From contig OZ296653.1 of NCBI GenBank assembly GCA_965655095.1, positions 52,948,001 to 53,012,000 of the forward strand: a stretch of 64,000 nucleotides of DNA, read 5' to 3'. This stretch comes from Haplodiscus bocki (taxonomy: Eukaryota). The position numbers and the translations under genes are program-made. Shown here piece after piece: positions 49,201 to 61,200 of the stretch (position 1 is the first letter of the stretch; each line of letters begins with the position of its first letter). Under the pieces are notes generated by a model, which was given only the letters and a program-made list of their open reading frames with translations, was not told the origin of the DNA and searched no databases.

Positions 49201-52200
49201 ACGTCGGAGTTCAGCGTTTCGAATGGAAAATTTTCCTTCCATTTTATAAACCTGGTTGAAAATTAACAAGATGAATTGAAATGTTAAAATGGGACTGAAT
49301 AAAAGTGTCAAACGCGTTTTTCAAGTACTACGAATCACTAATCATATTAATTTGAAATTGATGTTCGAATTTTGAGAGAAAACGGAAAACGGAAAACGGT
49401 ACAAAGCATCTTGAAATCCGCGATCACAAACCCTTAGAATATTTCAGCTGTACAGGCGGTCTACCGGTGAATATTACAAAATATAAAGGCAGTGAAATAA
49501 CCGATCATTCTGTAATGACCAAACAGCGAAAGACGAGACAGGCATTCGGATTGCGAAAAAGAGCAAGATTCTAACCACGTAAACCAGTAATGCTTCAATA
49601 ACGAATCACTTCTTTCTAGAGAAATTACAAGAAATCTTCTATGCTTAGTGAAGTTTCCAAAAAACTGCAAGTTGTCATATCTGGAGCCGAGCTCACGGTT
49701 TATATGCACAAAAAAATCACAGAAATTAAATAATGAACTCGGTTTTTTCAAAATAACCAAAAGATTGTTACCCGTTCCGACAACAGATCGAGTTTAACAA
49801 AACTGGGCAACAACAACAACAACAACGACAACACAATGGACTAACGAAAGAGTTGTAGCCAACCACGCGGATCGAAATCAAAACTTGACCAGAAAAAAGG
49901 ATTTATACGAGACCTGAAGCTAAGCGACGATGATAAATTTGAATGCTACGACAACCGACAGACCTAGAGCACCAAGTTAGCATTTCAGCGAATTGAGCGG
50001 AAGGAAATTGTATAAAGTCCCCACCAACAAGTAAAGCATATTTGGTGAGTGAAAATGAAGGAGAAAAACAAAAAAGAGTAGAATTACAGGGAAACGAAAC
50101 AAAAGACACTCGAATTAATTACCATTTGCAAAACCACCAAAGAGACACGAAACAATACTAAGTACAAATAGATAATGAAATCAAATTGAATTTTTTTTAC
50201 AAATTACAGGAGTTGGTCTGAAGAATCAAGAAAAATTGGAGAAGAAATCCAATAATCAAAGAAAGGACAATGATGAAACCGTTTGAAGAGAACTTCTCGG
50301 AAGGGGTAAACTTTAGCTTGAGGTAAGCTGAAAAGAAGAACTGTTGGGTAAACAAGTACGAACATTAAACTAAACGATGCTAAATTTATACGACATTTAA
50401 AAAAGATTCAGTACAACGTCTGTAACTTTGACAATAACCAAGGAATAGAGGTTATTTGTAAGTCTCAACGAATTTTACAACAACATGCATAAGCACTTTT
50501 AATTTATAAAAACACAATTATGGTAACCTCCAAATCTTCTTTCGTTTGTTCCAGTTGACCTCTGAGCTCTCCGAACGCATCAATGATCAAACCTGCAGCA
50601 ATAGTCAATATAACTTTTCATGACTGTTAGCCAGGCCAATTTGACCTTTACATTTCATGGGAAAAAAGAATAGTTACAGAAAACTGAAATGAAATACTTC
50701 ATGAACAACATTTCTGGCCCATCTACTTCTTGTAGCTTCTTGAACTTTGAGAAAAAATGAACCATTCGGGTCAGTCTGTGATATCTAAAAGTTATTACAA
50801 TGTCACTGCTACTTACCATCTATCATCATCAAGACAAGGTTCTTTCCAAAGACAGTCGGAATTTTGAATTGCTAGAGCTACAGAATATTTTCTAACCCTG
50901 AATAATTGCGAGTAGAATGACGATGACGAAGAAAAAGAAAGTCATGTCAAAAATGATTCTTGAGTACATGTAATCTTGTCCGTCGGGGTCCTCAATCTCA
51001 TCGCCAATACCCCCTCCAGCTCGCAGTCCGTGGTGCAAATGGAAAATGAAGCACTGCCACATGTTTCCACACTTTTGGGGTTCTTCCAGCTCTGCCATAG
51101 CCGCTGTCACCTGATTGGCTGCAACTTCGGCGGCAGAAGCCAGTTCATCAGCCAAACCACTGGCAACTTGTTCAGCTGCCTCTCCGGCCGCCTCCTCAAT
51201 GTAAGAAGTTCGGAAGAAGTTGAAGGCCACGACTGTGTACAGGTAAATGACAATGGCTGTCAGAAGAGCAGTCAGCACCAACTGCAAATAAAACAGAAGT
51301 ACTGATTGCGAAAAAAAGGGAAAAACTTTCATAAGGAAGTGGTAGGAAAAGTTGAAATGAGCCCGACAGGCTCCGACACTTCTCCACCTAGTTATCAGAA
51401 CTCAGGATTAGTGTATACTTTCTAACGATTTTCAATCAGAATTTGCTTCCTTTCAGACTGCATATTTCAAGGTATTAAGTGAATTCATGTCTGGCATATG
51501 TATATTGAAGTCTACATAGAAAGCAGAAAAGAAAAAATTATATAGAGGGAACAAATTGAAGGACGGCAGAGTTATGTGCCTGAATCCGAAAGATTGAACT
51601 GACTGGCAATTTTTTTGCACCTAGATTCGGGCATCGAAGTTACTCAATTTTTCACAGACTGTCGGCATTGTTGTCGTTTTTCATCAAAAAGTTAGGCCTT
51701 TAGTGACACTTTCTGAAAATATTTTGTTGACACCCTCAAAAAAATTTTTTAGCTGACTTGCAGGATTTTTTGAGCGTTCTGGAAAAAATTAATGGAATAG
51801 AAAAACACAGTGCAGAGCATTTCAGTTGGCGCCACAGTTGAAGCTCATCAGTTGAGGCCAACTATTCAGTGGAGATACGTTTTCTTATAACTATTTTTTT
51901 CCTTCCAATGGAATAACAGAGTTCCCCGGTTTGACGTCCCAGAGTAAATCAGCGCTGTTTCAAAGATTTCGAAATCTTCAGAACTGATCAACTGTTTTTC
52001 GTTGCTCTGAAAATCAGTTTTCGGCGCTGGTCTTCACTGAAACAGCTCTAATTCTTTCCCATGTGAATCAGATCATTAGACTGTGATAACGAAGTCAAAC
52101 AAAAATGAAATCACATAAACCCGTAACGAACACTTTATCTCTGTATCTGAAACCGAAATTTTTTCTTGCTTACAAAAAATTTCACAACACGGAAAAAAAC

Positions 52201-55200
52201 TTGAGAAAATTCTAGTCTGCATCCACTTGGGCTATAGAGTGCTAAAAATTTCGTGGTCATCATAGTCATGTTACTTTTATAACATCATTAACTCCCAAAA
52301 TTGGGGTTTTTACAATACTTTGGCACATAGAAAGATTGAAAAACTAAAATGTGTTTGCTTTTTGTACCATTGTGAGTCGAAAATGAGAGTTCTCCGCCTC
52401 GACTTAGAAGTACCTCGATATTACTCGAAAAAAAATTTGCAAAAAAACAAAAGTATTTCATTTTGAATTCAAGAAAAAAACAGCTTTTTTCTGCATTGTA
52501 CAGCGCTGAGACTGCTCTAGAGATGGCTGATAATTTCTGAATCAGATCTCATTAGCCCTAAATGTCTCGGAGACCTCGACCCAAGTTACCTCGGAAAGGT
52601 CAACTTATAGTAGAGTTTTCATTAATTCACTTACTGCATCAATCAATGAAGTATTTCAATAATTGATTATTTAATGATAGGTAATTTTACCTGTTTTCCA
52701 TTGTGAGTGACAGATCTGAGAATGGCGCTGAGGTCTTTGTTGCCGAAGGCGATGTCCATCAAGTGGATGGCAAAGAAGAATCTGGAGAAGTTTCCAGCAA
52801 TTGAGAAGAGGAAATAAAAGAAGATGTAGAGGAAAGCTTGATCGCTGAAAATCACTCCAAACTTCCAAATATTGTACCGTGCGTCTCCTGAAACGTAAAA
52901 AGCTCAGAAATCAAATATCAGTAAAGTAAACTCTTCCATCCATAGGCTACAGATATGTGTTCGAAATTAGAAAATCAGTTGCCAAAAAGTATATAAATGC
53001 TTAAAATGTTGGGCGACTATTTTTTTCAGTCCAAAAATTTTTTCGCGAGGAAATTAGTAAACTCAGTAGTTCGAATTTTTCTTTTTATTTCTCGAAACTG
53101 CCCATGACGTGCAAATTTCGTGTTTCGCAGAGCAGAAACGTTGGCGGCTTGTACAAAACATGTATGTGGTGTATCACCATGGTTAGGGAGCCAGATATGA
53201 AAGCATTGCTTTTGTTCCTTGCATCAGAACGTTGAGAGACCGGAAATATGAAAAGTTCCATTAGCTATGATAAATTTCGACCCGACATTCAAACATTTCA
53301 TCTCGCCATAACTACTGGCTTAATTTCTTCCAGCAAGATCTCAATCAACAGTTGTAAATAGTTGAAGATCTATGCAAGTAAAGCATCAACGAGCGATTTC
53401 CTGACATCGGAATACTAGTAGTACGAAAATCCAAAAAGTTCCATCATTAGTGTTTTGACTTGAAATTCCAACTCTTATTTCTCCTTAACTACAGCCTTGA
53501 TTTCTACTAACAAGGTCTCAATCAAAAATTTTCAACTTGTGGCAATTTTTTCAACCGAGTAATTGTCAAAAATTTTCCTTGCATGTGAATCAATCACATT
53601 AGTCAGAAAATTCCGAAATAGGCTATTACTGTTAGTTTAGCTCCAAATTTAGCTATCATTTTTCGAAAACCACGAACCTAATTTCTTCCTCAAAATCTTC
53701 AAATCCAGTTGTAAACACGCCAACGTCTATGGAAGTAGATTATCATCAATTATGTTCCTGATGTCGGAATGCTGAGTGTCAGAAAATTCCAAAAGTGCTT
53801 TTTATTGCTCAATCTTAAAATCCAAGCTCAAGTTTCTCAGTATCTAGGGGCCTACTTTCTTGTATCAAGGTCTCAATCAAATTTTTCAAGCTTTCTTTTC
53901 ACGGTACGCTGCTCGAATGAAGTATAATCAATTTCAAAAGGTGCTATAGTAATTGGTCCGTCTCCATATTAAAACTCATTTTGCCCCGTAACTACAGGTT
54001 TGATTTTTTTATCAGGATCTCAATCGGAAACTTTCAGCTTTTGGCAAAATACTCGATTGAAAAACTCTTATTTTTGTTCCCTTATTTGGAATTCTATTAT
54101 TTCGAAAACTCCAAAGAGTGTTATTAACGTTGATTCATCTTTGTAATCAGACCCATATTTCTCCGAAACTCTTGGCCTCATTTTTTAAATCAAAATTTCA
54201 ATCGAAATGTTCATACTTGTTGAGGAATATTCCATTAGAACATCGTTCGTTTTGTTCGTCGCTTTAGATTTTTGATATATCGTAAATGAGAACCTGTGCT
54301 AAAAGTTTTGAAAGATCTCTTTTTTGAAACTCTTCGTTTTGTAGCCTTTGGTTTCACTTCTCCGTTAAAGTTTTCAGTAGACATTTTCTTAGACATTGAA
54401 ATGTTTTAGATCGGAAAGTTCCCTACGCTGGATTTTTTAAATAGCTTGAAAGTTCCAAAAAAATTTCTATTAGTTTCGACATTTTTCCGATATTCCAATT
54501 GATATTTTTCCATAACTTTTATTTGTTTTCTTGCTTCGAGGTATCAATCTGAATTTGTCCGTTTTTGGTGCTTTAATCGAAATCAAAATAATTGAATTTG
54601 CTCGATGCGTCAGAAGATTGATAGCTTGATATTCCGAGAAACCAAAAATGCCATTATTGGGATAAATCTCTATGTTCAAACTCATGTTTCTTCATAACTA
54701 CAGACTTGATTTCTTCCATCAAGGTCGCAATCAAAAATTTATAGTTTTTAAGGACTTTTGAATTAAAAACTCTCGATTACGCTCCTTGTGTTGGAAAAAG
54801 GATAGTTCAATTTTTCCACAACAAATTCAAAATTCCATCAGTTTGGACATGTGTCGATAGTCCAACCCATTCTTTGAGAAAACTACAGCTTTGAATTTGT
54901 CCATCAAGATCTGAACTGACTGTGTTATAGTTTATGATGACTTTTGGATTGAACAATCTCTTATTTTTGTTCCCAAGATTTGAATCTTGACAAGCCGAAA
55001 ATGCAAATGGGTCCTAATAATTTTTCTCTGTCGAAGTTCAAAGTAATCCATTCTCTAAAACTTCCGGCTTGAATTCTTCTGTCAAGGTCATGGTCTCCGT
55101 CGAGAATTTTTGTCAACGTGTTTTGTTTTTAAAATCCTTTGATATATTTTCGATCAATCATTTCAGCGTCATTTTGACGTAAAATAGCTCAGTGCGACTG

Positions 55201-58200
55201 GGCTGCTGGTTTTATTTGTAGTTTTTCATTTAAAGTTTCAAAAGTGAGGAAACGAGCTTCTTTTTTTGAGGGTTCAACAACACAAAATATTAGTCAAATT
55301 CGACTATTTCGAGATATATTCAAACAATACACTCGGCAGACACCAGGATGTTTTCCGCCTTCTAATTTTTTGAACAAATGTTGAAGGAAACGGAATTCGA
55401 ACCACAAAACGTCAGTCAGAAAGTTGTTTTGTTTCCGACTCCTTTTTTTTCGAAAAAAAATCCTAGATTTTGGCAGGAAAACAACTTTTGAGAAATGCTA
55501 CTATGCTAGATCAATACGAGGAAATTTGGCTAAAAAGTAGCAAAATAAAAATTTTCAGCGTGTAATGGTGCAATAGGTAAATTTTTGGAGTATTGGATGA
55601 AAGATTTTCCTTCATAAGAAATATGGTTGTAGAATAATAATTAAATGAAATTGCAACTGAGGCTTTCTTTTTGAACTGGTTAAGTAGTAAATAGTGTGTT
55701 TGTGTCTACTTAAAGTTATCTCTCAGCTCATTGAAAGATTATGCAACACTCCGTGAGAAATAAATTTGATTAATCTTAAAAGAAGGATCGAAAAATTCTA
55801 GTCCCACCTAGAAGTAAGTTGACGATTCCAACCGAAGATCCACTTTGATTGGCTGCTGAATTCTCATCCTGATTGGCTGCCGCAGACATTCCCAATATGG
55901 CATCAGTTTCTTCTGCACCCAGACTTTCAGTGTATTTACTCTTGGCTCGCTTTTTGACGAACTTGTCCCAGAAGTTAACAGGGAAAGATCTCGAACTGAC
56001 AACGACACCATCCCACTTGGCTCTGAAGTTGTTCCATTCTGGTTGACTGGTCAGATAGAGTCCTTCAAACTCCAGTTTGCGAGATACTTCTTTTTCACGT
56101 TGAAACACCACCAAAGGTACCTGTTGAAAAAAAGACAGCTTACAGTACATTACCATACGATGTGTTTTTTACTGAGTACAAACATTCGATCCAGAGAACT
56201 TGAAAGTCGAAACGTTAATAGGACATTGCTATTCCAATAACTGAAAGCCGGAACATAAAACGCGTGTTGCTGACGTAATTACATTAATGCATTGGATTTG
56301 AGGAAAATTCGCACTATTTTCTCTTCATTGTGTTGCCAGGGGGAAAAAACAGCCAACATTGACTATTTGATGTTAGCACAGATATTGTAGCTCCTGGTTT
56401 CGGGTGAACAAGGTAAAGATTCTGATGATGTTTGCAGGAACTTTGCAGGAACATCAAGTGTGAGTGAGCCGTAATGAGAAAAGCGAAGTTTTAATAGATT
56501 ATACACTAGCCCACAAAAGTAACCGTCAATTCATTTTTAGTAAGAATCAACATTCAAGTTCAAATTTTATGGATAAATTTCCAACAAAAGCACCAATATT
56601 AAAGACTATTTTATACAGTCAGAACATTTTTTTTCAGCAAGATTTTTCAAGAAAAAGAAATTTTCTGTGAAATTTGCACCTGAACATTGATTGACCTACT
56701 TAAAATGATCGGCTGGTTACATTTGTCGGCTAGTATATACCCGAGTTATTTTGAATGAAATTTTCATATGTTGCATTGATCTTAATGTGAATTGGAAAAT
56801 AATTTATGAAACATGCACTGTAAAACTGGCGCGTGCAAAATTACCTGCAATGGCCGCAGGTAAACTGTTCCGCAGGTAAAATTACTTGCGGATCCAGGCG
56901 AAATTTTCCGCAGGTAACGATTGCCTGCCGTTCTGCAGATAATATATGTAAAGCCTCTATTGTGCGTGCCAGGATGAAACTTCTTAAGCATATAGACATC
57001 TCCCTTTATCCAATAACACACAATTTGACCAAAGTAACCCCTTGCTGCCTTTGAAGTACATGGTAGAACCTTCGAAATTGATTTTGTTCCGAAAAAAATG
57101 GACTGCTAATGTTGGTTGTTCAATCTGTTGTCCAAAAAAATACAGATCGCTGAAAATTTTTTCACTGGTAAAATTGATCGGGAACTGACTGTTGTCACTT
57201 TTTTTCACATGTATCGAGTGAAGGAAAATGTCAAACAAAACTAAAGCGAAGCAGGTATTTTTGCTTCCAACTGGGGGTATTTTTTGCCTAGCATTGCGGG
57301 TATTTCTGCCTGCAGTTGTGGGTAATTGTTTGAAATTTGCATGTGATTTGGCTCACGAAACCAGGTAATTTTGCATGCTAATCGCAAGCGAATTTGCAAG
57401 AGCTCCGTATGTAAAATTATCTGTAAAATATACGCTTTTTTCAGGTAAAGTTACATGCAGCTGCAGGCAATTCGTGTGTATTCTGCGTGAGATGCTTGCC
57501 GCGTAGACGCAGGTAAATTTAAATTTACCTGTTTTTACATGTAAACTGCATGTAACGCATGTAAACTGCATTTGGGGCCTTTTTACGAGCGGTCCGCAAG
57601 TAGATGTACTTGCATTTGCAGGTAAATTTGCACGCGCCAGTTTTTTCAGAGTAGAAAATTCAGACATTAAGCATACATTTATATCAGAAATTTTCACTGC
57701 TGCATTGAAAGAATGTTCGAGTTTCCGAAATATGTATAGATAAAATGAAATACTAAGCGGGTCCAATGTTTTCATTGCTGCTATTGCAGGCTTGTTAGAA
57801 GTACTTATTACATCATTGACGCGTTGACCGTTAACCTATTAGTTGTTTATAGGTGACGCTGAGTGGCTAAATATAAACCCAATTGTATCTACTTCAGCCG
57901 AAAACTGTGGTAAAATTGGAAAGATGTCTGCTACATGCAGAATAACTTCAGTTGCATCTTAAAACTTGGAAAGTTTCAATGATTTGTTGTCATTAACATT
58001 TTGCAGTTAACTGACAAAACCAATTTTTTTCGCAAAATTCATCAAAGAAACTTGGCTCAAAAAGTCAAATTTTAGGCATGCAAGATTTCACAAGAATCCT
58101 TCAAAATCATTTTAAAAAGTCTTGGGAAACATACAAAATCAATCACACAAAAATTTCATGTAAGCTTCATCAAGGTAAGTAACAGATTGGTGAATAAACA

Positions 58201-61200
58201 GAAAACCAGAACTTCAATTCTTATTAAAGCCAGTGACTCACTTTCAACTTGTAGTATGCAACCAGAATGAGAAATGATATATTGACATGGAGTATGGCTA
58301 GAATGAATAGAACTGGTTCCAGAAACATGACGTCATCGCTCATGGTGACAACTTCAATACCTTCTGAGTCGGCCGATGGGTCCATCATTCCACTGCCCAT
58401 CGAGTCACAGGTCAATCCGTCCGAATCTGAGCATGTACTCACGGGATCACCACTCTCAGAAGCTGGGATGTAGATTGAAATCTTAAAAAAAACCTTGAAA
58501 GAAAGTCGCCCATTTTGGTTCAAGAATATAATGACTTTTTGCGATACAAGAGTTCGAGAAGGTCAAAACAATCGGAAGTGCAGTGTAAAATTTTCGAACA
58601 GTTTAAAAATATAGAGCAAAAGCATTAATCACTGAAAAAACATCATGCATTCAAAATTTTATTCATTATTATGTCCCGCCCATACTCATAATATGGGAGG
58701 AAAATCATTTACTCAATGCATTTTTTACATTTACTTGCCAACTGACCGGAGGACGATTCTGAGTTTGAATTTTTAAAATCACCAAACTATTGTAAACTTT
58801 TCATGAAATGCGACTGAAATAGTAAGATTTCTCAATTACGTACAACAGATGGTTTTCGATTTAAAAATTGTTCGATTTTGAGATTATGATCCCATACGAA
58901 TAGTAACACCATTTAGCGTTAAAAGAGTTATGGCGATTATCGGGTAAAGAATGGGACAGTGAGCTTCCAACAGATTTTGAGAAAAAGTTCATTGAGTGGA
59001 CTTTCAATTTGCCAAAATCCACGGAAGTAACAACACCGCGAAGTTTCTTCTCAAGTGCAGAAGAGCATGTAGCAATACAAGTCTTTACAGACAGCTCCCA
59101 GAATGTATTCAGTTTTGTAACATTTTTGCATGATGAAACTGCATGTTCAACGAAACAGTCAACTGAAATCGCTTTCGTCGTTGAAAAAGCGCGCGTTGCT
59201 TTCTTGAAAACACTAACAGTCCTAAAAATAGAGCTACATGCTTCATTGCTAGCAGCTCATTTGTCAAAAGAAGTGATGCAAGTGGTCACACGGTCAGTTG
59301 ATAAGACTTTCTTGTGGAGAGAAACCACCAATGGCATTGTATAGCTGCATCTGAAAATCCAGCACACGCTGCCACTCCAGGATTATTATTGGCCGATAAC
59401 TTGAAAGTTAGTAATTGGTTCAAAGGTCCCAGTATTTTCCGAAAACCCACTTCTCTTTTCGAAGTCGACAATTCAGTCGCCAATTCTATCAAACGGAGGA
59501 AATTTGAACAACAAGTCCTAGTTACAGTGATTTCCCGAAAACAACCGTGTCAGCCTTCGTTTCTTAACTGCAAGTAGAGCAATTTCCAGATACTTGTCCG
59601 AATTACTGCTTACAATTCACGTCTTCTAGAGAAATATAGACATTTCCGTTCGAGTGACCGACAGCTAACGGATTCAGAGGAATCAACTTCAACAGAGCGG
59701 AAACTGATTCATCTGTGTCACAGTGAACCCTTTAGAGAAGAGATGAAGTGTCTGGCAAATGAAAAACCAGTCGCTTCAACCAGCCCCGTTCGACTTTTGT
59801 CAACATTCATTGGACCTGGTGGATTAATGGGGGTCATTGGAAGGACAAGACGTTCGAAAGGGAATGCTACTTTTTCCACTCTTTGAGACGTCTTTTCCAA
59901 GGGTGGTGGACGTTGAAAATACTCGTTTGTAAACAACGTCTGCGTTATATACGAGCGCATTCGCTCGGAAACTGAGCCATTGTTGCCTAATGGTAACATC
60001 GGCAACCGGCGTGCAAAATGGAACGAGTTCGTTCAATCCATTTCGGGAGAGCGTGTCGGAAAATACGTTTTTCGTGTTTTTATATTTAATATGTTGCGTA
60101 ATTTCTCCCATTTATCTTCTTACTTCAGCAACTTTGATAGTCAACATGTTTGTAAACCGTACATAATTTGCGGTGCAGTTTAAATATTTTGCATTTACTT
60201 TTTGCTGAAAACGTCTGATTTGGAGCAAGTGCAAATTGTTTTTGCCGTAATATTCCATTATTATTATTTTCACCATTTTCTCTCGAAATGCTACCAATTT
60301 ATTTTTGTTATAGAATTCTTCGGAACTTCATTATTAATTTTTAACGTCCTTTCGAAACTCCTGGAAGTACCGAGAAAAGACAAAAATAGGGGCCCGTATA
60401 AGATGATATTAGTTCTTGAAAATTTACTTTTCTGCCTCACTTGTAAGGTTTTGTTGAAGTTTATAAATTTTTTGAATTCGGAAAAATTGCAAAATTTGAT
60501 GAAGAAACAGTATTCTTCTGGGAAACAAAACATTTTCATCCTCTTAAAAGGCATCTTCAACAAAATTGGAGGGCGGAAAATATGCCGGTGGTTGCCGGTC
60601 GTCTAGTAATACTTGGACTGGAAATTCACATTTTGAAAAGATGAAACGGCTGAAATGATACATCCATTTGTTGAAGCGTACACAAAAAAATGAGAAAAAG
60701 AACTTACGCGACAGAAGAGCAAAACGATGTTGATGAAGAAGGACAAAACGGCTCCCAGATTCTTTATTTTGTAATAATTTCTTGCTAGTAAGCACTGAAA
60801 ATAAAATTCGACTGAATTAGCACGGAAAGCAATACTTTTGAATTTCAATTTCTCTTCTTTCTCACCATGAAGTTTTCAGCAAATGATTTCGTGTTCGTTT
60901 TCTGCTGTGCATTTGATTGATCGTCAGAGTTTGAGTCCGATTTCGAAGAGTATTTGAAACTCACTGATGACTCCCGCATCTTGATCCAAGACCTGAAAGA
61001 GATATTCGCAAAAACAATGGAAAGTTAGCGGGAGGGCAACGTGCTCACATGACTCATGAGACCTTTGTATTCATTTTAAGTTGTTATAATTATACATTTA
61101 AATGCTCATACATTGCAGCATTTGCTTTTACAGAAATGCTTGATGAAGAAAGTTTATATAAGGATGTTATATTGATTGGGTTCTCGCCAGCAATTTTTTT

